Shown in pieces: positions 1 to 12,029 of a DNA stretch of 64,000 nt (the stretch's first letter is position 1; each line of letters opens with the position of its first letter). The DNA lies in assembly GCA_964016885.1 (NCBI GenBank), contig OZ024745.1, positions 126,356,001-126,420,000 on the forward strand. The letters run 5' to 3'. The notes under the pieces were generated by a model. That model worked only from the letters and a program-made list of their open reading frames with translations. It was not told the DNA's origin and searched no databases. This stretch comes from Eledone cirrhosa (lineage: Eukaryota). A program made the position numbers and the translations under genes.

Positions 1-159
1 CATTCATTCTTTCTTTCTTACTTTTTTATCGTTTGAAAGCTGCTCAGCTGATAGCCAAGCGCCGCCTGATAAACTTGTGTTTCTATTTTAATCAGATGAT
101 ATTATGTAACAAAAAAATAAAGAAAGAAAATAGTGTAACAGAGTCTAGGCACTTAATCT

Positions 160-161
<2 letters not shown>

Positions 162-252
<91 letters not shown>
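162..252. repeat. (CA)n microsatellite, representative of dozens of (TA)n, (CA)n, (GA)n, (GATA)n and trinucleotide tracts
   Basis: Uninterrupted CA run. Confidence 0.99.
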
Positions 253-255
<3 letters not shown>

Positions 256-460
256 TGAGGGATAGACACTTACATACAAATACAAATGTACACGCTTGCA
301 CAGGCACAAAACAAATGTTTCTTCAACATCTTTGCTTTTGCGTTCCTTATCTATTTATATCCTTTGTATCTCGCCCCTGTCTCTATCTCTCTTATTTTCA
401 GTTTCACTGTTTTACAAGTTATTAGATACACTCAGAGGCATTCTAATGCATACACCATAA

Positions 461-563
461 CGCCGACGTTAACTTTGCCTTTCATCTTTACAGGGTCGAT
501 AAAATAAAGTACCAGTAATACACAGGGATAATTGCTGGCCTTGCGCCAAAAGTAGAAACAATT
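461..563 (+). mobile_element. Meta-domain-type tRNA SINE, 3' half
   Basis: gttaactttgcctttcatc...gggtcgataaaataaagtaccag...gccaaaagtagaaacaatt shared with many copies in the window. Confidence 0.9.
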
Positions 564-591
564 GTCTAATACACAATAATACACAATAATA

Positions 592-701
592 TTGTTTCTA
601 CTTTTGGCAAAGTTAACCTCGACGGGATTTGAACTCAGACCGTAAAGGGACGTAACTATGCCAGAAAGCATGGCGCCCAACCCTCTTCCGATACTGCCAA
701 T
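592..701 (-). mobile_element. Meta-domain-type SINE, internally deleted
   Basis: Reverse complement of SINE tail joined directly to the head region. Confidence 0.85.
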
Positions 702-2549
702 AATATTAATGGTTAGTTATGCCCCCTTTGTTCCACCTTTTTGTTTCTCAGCTTGATACTACTTGGTTATATTGTCTTTGTTATTCTATGCATGCATATG
801 TGAGAGACTACTGTGCTGAATTGGCAAGACGTTAGAACGTCTGATATCATACTTTGCCGTTGTCATTCCGGTCCTCTGAGATCTGAGACGGCGGATTTCG
901 GTACTGGATTAACAGTGAACCCTACGTGATACATACGAGGTTCTAGTACCGTTAGTGTTTGATGTTCAAATTAATCCTAATCATTAATTAGTCTTCAAGC
1001 AAAACGTCTATGTAAGCAGTATTTCCTGACGAATTCTTCCACATACTTTTGCTTAACTATCTCGTGTACACAGTCCCAATATATTCAAATTATATATTAA
1101 TGTCATAAAATGGGATGGAATGTTCTAGTTGTACTATGTACGAACTCATCTCCCTAACATAAACACTAGGTTATCACGCCTTGATCGTCTCTGATCAGCT
1201 CGGAAATAGCGTACTCGGAGCTACACAGTAAAACATCATAATCAACAACTCCAGTCATTCAGCTTAACAATTCGCCCAGTTCTGAAAACGTTTCTTCCTG
1301 TCCCCTTCAAACAGACCCCTATCTATATTAACGTCTTAGCCCTTACGTTCAATTAAAATATGCAACACTAAGTCCCAAATTATAAGTCTGATTGTATCAA
1401 ATAAGGAATTATCACTTACTTTCATCAACAAAAATGTGATAAAAACAGTTGTAAATAACTTTCTCTTTTACCACTTTCATTCTTTTTCCTACTCAACCAT
1501 ATATTGTTATGATGTCGGTAAAGTAACAGCTGGTTTTTGCCCTTGAAGAATTAAGTGAAACTGCAACAAATATACCGACTGTGACTAGTATGGGAATCTC
1601 TCCAATCATTTTGTCTAAATATGGAATGCATTTGTTTTAAGTACATTTTCTGATTTACGTTTTATCAATTGTTTTAGGACTCGGTTTTGTTTATTAAATT
1701 CTTCATCTGTATTACAAAGAACCCCTCCAAGCTATTTGTAACAACATATATTCTGCGCGTCATTTTTCTTTAAAATTGAATGCATGAGCGTTATCGATAC
1801 GCAATATAGAAACCCGAATCTATACGTGTACTGTTTTCATGGAGAGACGTCGAGGAAACCTACCAATTAACAACCAAGTCACCTACAGCAGTATGAATAC
1901 AATCGTTGCAGCGAGTCTTTACAACTTATGTTTAAACGACATATAGGTGAATAGCTGAACCAATAATAGAAATAAAAAGCAAACAACCATTCAAACATAT
2001 TTTTGAAGTATTAAGTTCCAAAAACAGAGCTCCTAAGTAGCCTCAGATATTCTGGGAAAACATTTATCTGTGAAAAAATACAAAACAAAGAAAGGTCTAA
2101 TAACTACATCTCCCTTTAAGTTACGAAATACTACGGGAGACTACATATACAATAAACATGGTAAAATGTTGATGATGACCATCATCATCATCATGGCAAT
2201 AATTATGGTGATAAGAAGAAAACAATAATAACGAGTGTATATTACTGAACACTAGAGAGCAGTTTAAAAAGCAATTATTACGAGTGCCCAAAACCTTTTC
2301 CAACTCACAAGGCCTGCTTCATATCCAGATTGATTACGATATGTAGTAAATTAAATTTTCTCCGAAAGAAATTGGGTTAGATTTTGCACTAATAAATGAA
2401 TCAATTCTCCAGCCTTGGGGAGTTGTAGGTGCCCAGCAAGAGTCGTCACTTCATCTTTCACTCTTTTCTGATCATCAGCTAACATCGTCCACCATCTTCC
2501 TACATATCTATTTACCTATTCTTGCAATTACTGCACCACATCCTGCAAT

Positions 2550-2780
2550 TCTTGCATTTAATTCAGTCTCCTACCTTCCAACACTCGTGAAAATGGCCCC
2601 GAGATACTTGAACTTCACCTGCTTCATTGGAACTCCATTTACATATAGAGTACAGTGCGCAGGCTTCTTTGAAAGGACGAGTGTCTCTATTTTCACAGCA
2701 CTGATTTTCATTCCAGTCATTGCAGCACACGGCATCAAACCTATCAAGTGCAAAAGATCACCTGACGAGTTCACCATGTA
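2550..2780 (-). mobile_element. RTE-clade LINE RT fragment
   Basis: GMKISAVKIETLVL...NGVPMKQVKFKYLGAIFTS resembles the end of the RTE RT domain (FKYLG); stops present. Confidence 0.75.
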
Positions 2781-2937
2781 TATAATTAAAAACTTAGTTT
2801 ATATTTTTATCTATTACTTTAATACATTTCCACAATAAATATAATTTCATTTTTTGTTTATGCGATTACGTTTTCTTTAAAGTGTTCATATTAGATCACC
2901 TTAAGTCAATGTTACCTTCGTGTATGTATATATATAA

Positions 2938-3035
2938 CACTGGTCTGTTGGAGATGCAGGATATGGCAGCGATAATGAGGGACAGAGACCGCTGGAGAGA
3001 ACTCGTCCATGGATCTCGGGAATTTTACCCGCCTT

Positions 3036-3036
<1 letters not shown>
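2938..3036 (+). mobile_element. 3' end of an RTE-like LINE, same family as 46913-47284
   Basis: Near-identical to about 47188-47284; followed by (TA)n. Confidence 0.9.
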
Positions 3037-3103
<67 letters not shown>

Positions 3104-3106
<3 letters not shown>

Positions 3107-3293
3107 AGGAGGTGTGGTAAGGAACCAGATGGACCATAACGCACCAGAGTACTCAATACTTAGGGTAGTAGAGTGGGTAATAGTAAAATGTAAGAACCCG
3201 ACAGCAGAGCTCAAGCCGTTTCGACGGTTATTTCTGGACTGAAATAGTCGTCGAAACGGTTTGAGCTCTGCCGTTGGGGTCTAACATTTTCCT
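3104..3293 (-). mobile_element. Fold-back mini-element family A (palindrome plus tail) in (TA)n
   Basis: Inverted arms about 3180-3234 and 3241-3295 plus unique tail; further copies at 50809, 56436 and 57037. Confidence 0.85.
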
Positions 3294-3447
3294 ATATATA
3301 TATATATAGGTATTAGAAGTGCAAATTAAATGCGTCCGTAGGCGGTATGCTAAGATGAGCACTCGATGTTCGTGGGGTGCAGAATATCAATAATAATAAT
3401 ATATAAAGGAACAAAGAATCAGTGTTGGATCATATACATATCTAATT

Positions 3448-3539
3448 ACATATTACATTTGTTCCACTGCCGATCAGCTCGAGGAACGATCGATTAATGA
3501 TCGATCCTGACTCTGGAATCGGAAGCTCCTCAGATATGT
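3448..3539 (-). ncRNA. Type I hammerhead ribozyme motif, long stem II, one core change
   Basis: Minus strand: ACAUAU CUGAGGA gcuuccgauu...gaucggcagu GGAA CAAAUG UA AUAUGU; stem I is a perfect 6 bp; GAAA reads GGAA. Confidence 0.7.
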
Positions 3540-3578
3540 GTTAACATGTAGACTTGCGCCTAAGAGTGGTTGGATAGT

Positions 3579-3654
<76 letters not shown>

Positions 3655-3681
3655 TGGTTACACAACAGTTAGTTCACCATA

Positions 3682-3721
3682 CCGAGAACAATTGTTTCAC
3701 CTTCGCGGATCTTCAGCTCGG
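3682..3721 (-). ncRNA. Minimal type I hammerhead in the Penelope pLTR
   Basis: CCGAG CUGAAGA UCCGCGAAGGU GAAA CAAUUG UU CUCGG; core intact, palindromic stem III. Confidence 0.88.
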
Positions 3722-3902
3722 GATGTGTATGGTTATATGAACAGGAAGGACAACCGTACGAACGCGCATGTGCAGAAACTCGGTCACTTCACACAGGCAA
3801 TACTAGACTGCATGCGGGGGATGTAAGGGAGATAACTGCGAAAGTCCGGAAAGTTTTTTGGTTGAAAATAAATTAAAAAATGTTAAATAAAATTACAAAG
3901 AA

Positions 3903-4328
3903 TCAGTCCGGAGCCTTGTAGTTATGCAATAGATGTTTGGTGACGTGTAGACAACGTGTGAAAAATTCACTTCTCGTGTTTAGGCAATCACTATTGCGTA
4001 ATCTCTTTAGGATAGTTATTCGTTCGTCAATACATAAGCCACACGTCGGATTTCCCCTTGCGTATGGCTTGGACTTAGTGATGGCTTTCCATTGAATGGA
4101 GTACCCTATACTTGAGTCCTTGAGGGACCATACGTGGCTCGCGTGTTTCGTGGATGAACGTCTGTCTGGGTATCTGAAGGTAGACTGGTGGTTCAGGAAA
4201 CGCTCCTTGAATCGGCCCTCCGCCATGACCACATAGGATTTGACCTCCTGTGGTTCGTTTGGTCGGTTGGAAGTGACCACAGCTTCATAGATTACAGCTG
4301 GTGTGTTGCATTGTTGTTGAAGGGGCAA
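3903..4328 (-). pseudogene. GIY-YIG endonuclease domain of the Penelope-like element
   Basis: VIYEAVV...SYVVMAEGRFKERFLNH...CGLC..E...LNTRSE..RCLH; 1-nt frameshift relative to the linker. Confidence 0.88.
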
Positions 4329-4553
4329 GCTTCAGGCTTACGGCAAGAGCACCCTGTTGGGGTGTTGCTCCTAGGGCTGCTGGTGATGTGGGCCTTTATG
4401 TTCTTAGCGCAGGAGTAACCTAGTTTAACTTTGTGTCGGTTAAAGATGGAGTGGTATTTATGACCTATGGGAAAGTGTCTATCTAAGAGGGATAGAAATT
4501 TTTTCCTACATTGGTTTTAACGTTGAGTGAGAAGGGAGGAGAGAACCAGATAG

Positions 4554-5391
4554 TTAGTCTATTGATGCGCTTATTTTTCTTAATGGCGTTGTTGCTAGTG
4601 GGAGAGTAGATGATAGGTTGTGAGAAGCCGCTGTTAGCCAACGCCATGTTATAGTAGGGTGCGCCCTGTCAAAGATAGCCTTATTAGAGGAGAGGTTTGA
4701 GATTCTAGTACTAATATTCTTAACGAAGTTTCTAAAAACAGTAGGAGGGTGGCATGAGTCCTTGTGAATGTAATTAAGTTTCTCGTTTAGCTTATGGAAG
4801 GGTCTGTGGGTGTGTGTGCGAAGGTCTAAATTAATGTCTAAGAAATCTACGCTAGAGAGGTTGGTGGCTACTGTTATCCTAAGGCCTAACTCATTGAAGG
4901 TAGAAGCTAAGTCTTTTTTAAACCGGTCGAGATCGTGACCACTTTTATGGCTCGATAAAGTCAGTCCATCGTCACGGTATATTCCCGTGTGGAAGTCCGG
5001 GAATCTAACACGTAATATGTCTAAGATAAAAAGGCCAACCAAGTCACATACGTCAGCACTGTCAAACGATCCCAAGGAGACGTCGAACAGGCCTGAAGAT
5101 GTAGACTTCTTTGCCCAGGCTACTCCGTCGTTGAAGAGGAGGCTTTTCCGGCAGTGAGCGATGATTTCCCTGTCTAAACCATCGACGGTGGTAGCGAAGT
5201 CCAACGCTTTGTTTAACAGGGTCTCTGAGATCGACGGGTAAAAATCGACAATGTCAAACTGTGTGAACTTCGCTTTTTTAGATTTTAAGGAGTTAAACCA
5301 CTTAATTACGGAGTCGCTGTTCTCCCACTGGGGAAGGTTGGACTTGGTCCTAATGGTCTTAACTATGTTTTTAAGTATGGCCTTACTGACT
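4554..5391 (-). pseudogene. Penelope-type reverse transcriptase
   Basis: FDIVDFYPSI, FDVSLGSFDSADVCDLVG, IYRDDGL, VDFLDINLDL, SCHPP. Confidence 0.92.
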
Positions 5392-5840
5392 AGCCTGGGC
5401 AAAGAAGTCTACACCTTTAGACCTGTTCGACGTCCCCATGGGATCGTTTGACAGTGCTGACGTATGTGACTTGGTTGGCCTTTTTATCTGAGCAAATTAC
5501 GGGGCAATAAAATATGGTACCAGTAAGTCAATATCTATACTTCAATGAAAACAGAAGGCCTGATTCCAAATGCTCTTTTAATGTTGAAAAAAATCATAAT
5601 ACGTATTTCTATGGCCTGCTTACAACATCAGATGTAAGACTTATGGTGACATCATCAAGTGTTAATTTCAAAAGTTAAGTAATCAATTACTGGATTACGG
5701 CAAACATTACATTAGGAATATATATATATATATATATATATTTACTCGTTTACCTGTTTCAAAAGGAAAAGAATGACTTCACCTGTAGTTCAGAACAATT
5801 TTATTTTATTTTATAATATTATGATTTTACAATTTGGTTT

Positions 5841-5934
<94 letters not shown>

Positions 5935-6081
5935 TACATGCAACTCATTCATATAACGTGTATTTAAGCCTATTGGTACCAAGATTTTTGCTTCGCCAAG
6001 TTGTTGAATGCTTGATGCAAGTAGTACATTTCTTCATCCTTAAAACCGTCCCCCTCCTCCTCCTCCTCCTCCTCCTCCTCC

Positions 6082-6122
<41 letters not shown>

Positions 6123-7065
6123 GTCGTCGCCGTCATCATCATTGTAGTTGTTGTTATCAACATCCTTATCGCTGGACCAGTACTGTATTCTCCCGAGGCT
6201 TGTTCTATAATACTAATACAGAGTAGGTTTGTTATTCTTCTTTCCTATTTAGTAACTGATAAAGTTTTCTTAGACTAATATGAAACATTAATTATCTTTC
6301 AAAGATCTAAAGTCAAAAGGAACTTCTATCACGGGAACATATTTCACTTTTCTGTTTGTTTTATTAATTCTCTATATCCATCACTTGAACAAGACAGCAT
6401 TCAGTGTCTAACACTTGAACAAGTTCTCCTTTATAAGATTATTCTACCTTATCGTATCATTAACCAAGAGAACAGCAATTTTCCTATGGGGTAAAATCGT
6501 TGTTATAGTTACTGTTTAACCCCAGCTTAGCTCTGATGTAGTTAATCTATCGGTTGCAAAGAATTAATGATCATCGAAATGTTTGATGAAACCTGGCTTT
6601 TGTGCATTGTTCTCGGTTATAAGCTCTGTCAGCTATACAGGAGTCTCCATATGAACTTGTCTGATGCGCAGTCGTGGCCAGTCCATCATTTTCTATATCC
6701 ATGACTATATCGTCCAAAAGGTCTTTCCCTTATTTTACGACGGTGGGTATGAAATGAGGTACATTTGGCTGCTATTTTTCCTGGGCGAGCAAACTATGTA
6801 AAGATAAATGAAAATTGTGTAACAGCTTGATCGTTGGACTATAGCAGTACTCCAAAGACCCAGTATTACCACAAACTGCGTCAGATTGATTATGTTTGGA
6901 AATTCCACGAAGGGTGTAAATACTATATATCAATAAGTTTGTAGATAGTAAAATGAAACACTGCATCCGTAAACAGAAATTGAGGTAAATGTCAAATGCA
7001 TCTTATTGCAGCGATTTTTCAGATTGATTATTAATTCAAGAGGAATGTTCTTTGTGCTATCATTC

Positions 7066-7251
7066 GATTGACAGTATCGGTAGAGCATCAGACACCATGC
7101 TTTGCAACAAAGAGTTATGTCCCTTTACGTTCTGAGTTCAAATCCCACTGAGGTTAACTTTGCCTTTCATCCTTACGGTGTCGGTAAAATAAAGCACAAC
7201 TAACGCACTTGGGGAATTGCTGGCCTTGTGCCAAAAGTAGAAACAATTATT
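7066..7251 (+). mobile_element. Meta-domain-type SINE
   Basis: A-box-like head, B box gagttcaaatccc, core and tail. Confidence 0.9.
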
Positions 7252-7447
7252 TTCGTCTCACACCAAAGACGTCTAACTGTCATAAATCCCACAAACAATA
7301 CTGGCAGTTCAAACAAAATTACGGTTTCCAGATCTTTTGAATTGAAAAGAACATCATAAGCTTTTTTATTTTATTTTACCAATTAAAAAACAGTAATATT
7401 GCAATTTCATGTTTTATATTCAAGTAAATGGTATTTGCTGTCATCTA

Positions 7448-7735
7448 TCTATGTATTACTAAAAGTCTGTGATTGCTTGCTTGTCTGTAATGTACTACAA
7501 CCAAAAGGGCGCATACTGGGAAAATACTTTGAAAGGAAGTCACCCCTGAAATGGGAATACAAATGGAATAAAACAAGTTTCGCGTAAATCGGAGCACGGG
7601 TTCCCGAGATATGGGGGTTTTCCGGGTACCTTCATAAACAAAGAGTGAGAAAGATAGAGAGGAAGAGATAGTGGTTGTGACAGCGCAGATTGAAAGAGAG
7701 AGACATAGAGAGAGGGAGAGGAGACAGAGAAGGAG

Positions 7736-7773
<38 letters not shown>

Positions 7774-8198
7774 GGGGGGTGTATATATATATGTGAGTGT
7801 GTGTGTGTATATATATATATGTGTGTGTGTATATGTGTGTGTGTGACACCCACATATACACACACACACACACACACACATACATATATATATGTATACA
7901 CAAACACATTTATACATACACACACGTATATATATGTACACACCTATATATATGTGTATATGTGTGTGTGTGACACCCACATATACACACACACACACAC
8001 ATACATATATATATGTATACACAAACACATTTATATATATACATACATACACGTACATATATGGACCTTCCAGTTTCATTTCACATTGTATACAATGTCT
8101 GTATATTTTAATTATTTAAAAATTATTTTTAAACGAACATGATATTTCAAAAACATTTTGAAGTGAACGTGACCCAACGGGTCACGGGTGGTCTACTA
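7448..8198 (+). mobile_element. Non-autonomous Helitron-like element
   Basis: TCTATGTATTACTAAAA start; 3' hairpin CGTGACCC-aac-GGGTCACG followed by a CTAG-like end (ctat). Confidence 0.55.
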
Positions 8199-8351
8199 TA
8201 TCCTAATATTTCGAACACCTTGAACTAGAATTGTGAGTTTATTCATTTTAGGAAACCAATATTATGCTTCAGTATTTAAAAAACTGTGTTTATACGTTTA
8301 TTTCAACTATGTAAATTATATTGGTTTCTTATATAAGCACTATGCCAGAAA

Positions 8352-8537
8352 TGTGGGGGGGGGGGGGGGGATTAAATCGACCCCAGTGCATTACTGGTAC
8401 TTTATTTTATCGATTCCGTAAGGATGAAAGGCAAAGTTAACCTCGGCGGGATTTGAACTCAAATCATAAAGGGCCGTAACTCTATGCTGCAAAGCATGGC
8501 GTCCAACCCTCTACCGATACTGCCAATCCACCACCCT
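8352..8537 (-). mobile_element. Meta-domain-type SINE with target-site duplication
   Basis: Direct repeat aactatgtaaattatatt on both sides. Confidence 0.88.
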
Positions 8538-8681
8538 AACTATGTAAATTATATTAGTTTCATTAAATCTACACCACTTGGTGTATTCAAGCCCAAACTG
8601 TTTTACATTCAGTTCCGGCTTGTTTTATAGGCATTGGGTTGGACAGTTAGTGTTCTCATTGTTTGTTTATTATTATCATTA

Positions 8682-9298
8682 GGGCGGTGGATTGGCAGTA
8701 TCGGTAGAGGGTCTGACTCCATGCTTTGCAGCAAAGAGGTACGGCCCTTTATGGTCTGAGTTCAAATCCCGCAGAGGTTAACTTGCCTTTCATCGTTACG
8801 GAATCGATAAAATAAAGTACCAGTAATACACGGCGATAATTGCTGGCCTTGTGCCAAAAGTAGAAACAATTATCATTTGGAATGTCGGTAGATTGGCAGT
8901 ATCGGCAGAGGGTCGGACGCCATACTTTGTAGCATAGAGTTACGGTCCTTTACGGTCTGAGTTCAAATCCTGCCGAGGTTAACTTTGCTTTTCATCCTTA
9001 TGGGGTCGATAAAATAAAGTACCAGTAACGTACTCGATCGAGGTAATCGACTTTCCCCTCCCCCCAAATTACTGGCCTTGTGCCTATACTCGAAACAATT
9101 ATTATGGATTGGCAGTATCGGTAGAGGGTCGGACAATATGCTTTGACGCATAGAGTTACGGCCCTTGCCATTCTGAGTTCAAATCCAGCCGAGGTTAACT
9201 TTGCTTTTCATCCTTACGGGGGTCGATAAAATAAACTACCAGTAATACACTGGGATAATTGCTGGCCTTGTGCCAAAAGTAGAAACAATTATTATCAT
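8682..9298 (+). mobile_element. Three head-to-tail Meta-domain-type SINEs
   Basis: Copies at about 8682, 8885 and 9106; the middle copy has the long-tail variant. Confidence 0.93.
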
Positions 9299-9485
9299 TT
9301 TATTTTATTCTAAAGAAACTACCAAGATTGGAAGTTCAATACAAAAGTACAGGTCTACCAAATATAAACTAATTTTTTGAGTACATGGAAGCTACGAAAA
9401 GATTCAACAAGAGAAACTTCTGTTTTACAGCTTCCTTTGTTTCCTATTTTTCTTTTCTTTTTCATTTTCTTATGCATGATCTAGT

Positions 9486-9640
9486 GAAGGCGCGTGGCTG
9501 AGTGGTTAGAGAATTGGATTCACAATCTTGAGGTTGTAAGACCGATTCGAGGACCGGGTAATGCGCTATGTTCTTGAGAAAGAGACCTTATTTCACGTTG
9601 CTCCTTCCACCCGGAGTTCCGACCGATAGATAGTATTAGC
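9486..9640 (+). mobile_element. CORE-type tRNA SINE
   Basis: gaaggcgcgtggctgagtggttagag head, then gttcttgagaaagagaccttatttcacgttgctc. Confidence 0.75.
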
Positions 9641-11489
9641 AATTGGAAAGACCAATGGAAACATTGTTTGATTTGACAAAAAGTCGATCGACTATCGATA
9701 TGTATAATCTGTCTCTCATTAGCTTTCAATATTTGAAATTTTATTTTATTTTTTGTTTCCCTTTCTAATTATATTTTTTATTATTTGCCTCACTAGCTCT
9801 TTTTGATTACCAACTGTAAGGAGTACTAGATACTTGCCTTAGTCTGTCATGACTTACTAGCTCTATACGGACGTTTAATTTGAATAAATAAATATGTGTT
9901 GTTGTTGTTTTTTGGGGTGGGTGGATCTGTGATTACTATCATGTTTGGTTTCCGATACTGTTTTGTTATTCTGAGAAGGAAAAGCAGTGATGTGACTAGA
10001 CTATGTGCGCTTCCTCCCAAATATACTCAAATACCAACCAAAAGGTGAAGCACGCATAAAAGTGTCACAAGGGACCGACCGTCCATTAGCTACCCTAATG
10101 GGGAGGAATCGTTGACTGGGTATTACATCGTGAGACCTGTCAACTCTCCCCGTCCGACGGGGGAGATCTCCCACCTTCTTTGTGGTGAGTGAGAGATCTC
10201 TTGTCTTGTGAAAATGGGTATAGCTTTCATTATGTAAAATCTCCCAATTTTGCAGCACTTTTTTTATTGTACTCCCCGTTTGGGTTTTTAGAGCTTGGCA
10301 GGTCTGTAAACTCTCCAAATAATTTTGCCTAATTTCTCCCGTTTTGAGGCACATTTTTTTTATTGTTCTCCCCGATTGTGTTTTTAAAAGTTGGCAAGTC
10401 TGACATTGCTCTGTTCTGCGGTCGTTTACCTATGTGTCTTTTTGTTGTTTTGAGCTTAATCGTATTTCTAAATTTGGTTCAGTGAATGCTCTATTTCCGA
10501 TATACAGCTTTAATAGTTTCGTGTCGCTAGACAAAGAAATTTAGTTTAAATGAATAATACTACACTCTTCAACATATATCAATTATATTCTTTTGAATTT
10601 GAATTTGAATATATGCATACACACATACACAATACACTATGATAGGCAGTATCTTTTGAAATGTGCAAACATATGTGTTATCAACCAGCTCCACTTATAT
10701 AGCTGAACGTGCTTTCTCTTTAATTCGAATATTTTATACACCGGTGTGTGTGTGAGTGTATGCACGCGTTGGGGGGGGGGGGGGGTAATTATAGATAACT
10801 GCGCAGTTAAATTTATATAAATATATAATTTTGTTTTCAGACGTAATCAAAGTATTTGGGGCAGCACCCGTGAATGAGACTCGTGAGGGAGGGAAGGACG
10901 ATTTCGAATTCCTAAATCTTGTTGGAAGGCGTACAGCCCAATAGACTCCGCTTATGGTACATAAAGGCCAGGTCTGTGGTGTTAAGCAGGGTAGTGATAT
11001 GTTAAATATACCACTCAAGAATATTCGAGGTGCTTCTGCGCTGTTTCCGTTCATTCGGTTCCACTCGCAAGGGTCTAGCAAAATCTAGACTATGGTGCAA
11101 GTCTGAGGTGCTGCGTAGCAAGGTCAAACTGGAGACCACGTGGATGCAAAGCATTAAATATCTATTACATAGATTTACGGATATATCTACATACACACAT
11201 ATTATGCACACCATGTACTAGGGTTTTCCACTTTGCGAACTATTAGTCGATCATCTCATGTTGATTACGCTCCTGCTTGATTTGAGAAAATAATGAAGTA
11301 TGCCGAATTATAGGTCAATCGAATAATATTTCAGATCTTTTTTTATTTATAACGATGCTTTTTTTTTTTTATCTGGCCTGTATCATATTTTCCTTTCTGT
11401 TCACTTTACTGAATCCAATGTGGAAACCACACGACAGAACGAAAAGAAATGAAAACCAGCAGGAGGAATACGTTCTAAATACACTATAA

Positions 11490-11868
11490 ATAATTGTTTC
11501 TACTTTTGGCACAAGGCCAGCAATTATGCCAGTGCATTACTGGTACTTTATTTTATCGACCTCGTAAGGATGAAAGACAAAGTTAACTTCGGCGAGATTT
11601 GAACTCGGATATAAAAGGACATAACTCTATGCTGGAAAGTATGGCGTCCGACCCTCTACCGATACTGCCAATCCACTTTAATAATTGTTTCTATTTTTGG
11701 CACAAGGCCAGCAATTATCTCAGTGCATTACTGGTACTTTATTTTATCGACCCTGTAAAGATGAAAGGTAAAGTTAACCTCGGCGAGATTTGAACACAGA
11801 CCATAAAGGGACATAACTCTATACTGGAAAGTATGGCGTCCGACCCTCTACGGATACTGCCAATCCAC
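11490..11868 (-). mobile_element. Two tandem Meta-domain-type SINEs
   Basis: Two near-identical reverse copies. Confidence 0.93.
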
Positions 11869-12029
11869 TATAATAATGGGGTTAAATAGAGAAATACTTT
11901 TTATGAATGAAATTTATAAACGGAAACGGCTTCCTTTGTCATCTGGAGCACGCGTTCCCTTCGCTCCAGAACAATTTTTAGGAGGAACTATTTCTGACTT
12001 TCATCCTTCGTAGAATTATTAAACCTCTT

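Larger units (their letters stand above)
3652..5501 (-). mobile_element. Penelope-like retroelement (C-terminal EN type, probably Hydra clade), 5'-truncated with an inverted 5' segment
   Basis: RT, CxCx5C linker (CSCRKPEAC), GIY-YIG, then a 3' pseudo-LTR with a hammerhead ending at (TA)n; frameshifts present. Confidence 0.9.

Noticed and set aside
432-680. Recurring peptide [19 protein letters not shown] in many ORFs
   Set aside because: Antisense translation of the SINE core, not a protein family.
1190-1220. CTGATCA..GAAA hammerhead-like match, and isolated CTGAnGA hits at about 1026, 2762, 20410, 25692, 27824, 44946, 55732 and 61568
   Set aside because: No pairing stems I and III, or no correctly placed GAAA.
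10150-10403. hAT-like MITE end (ttggcaagtctg) and similar ends at about 14370, 38357 and 42435
   Set aside because: Matching opposite TIRs and TSDs could not be located.
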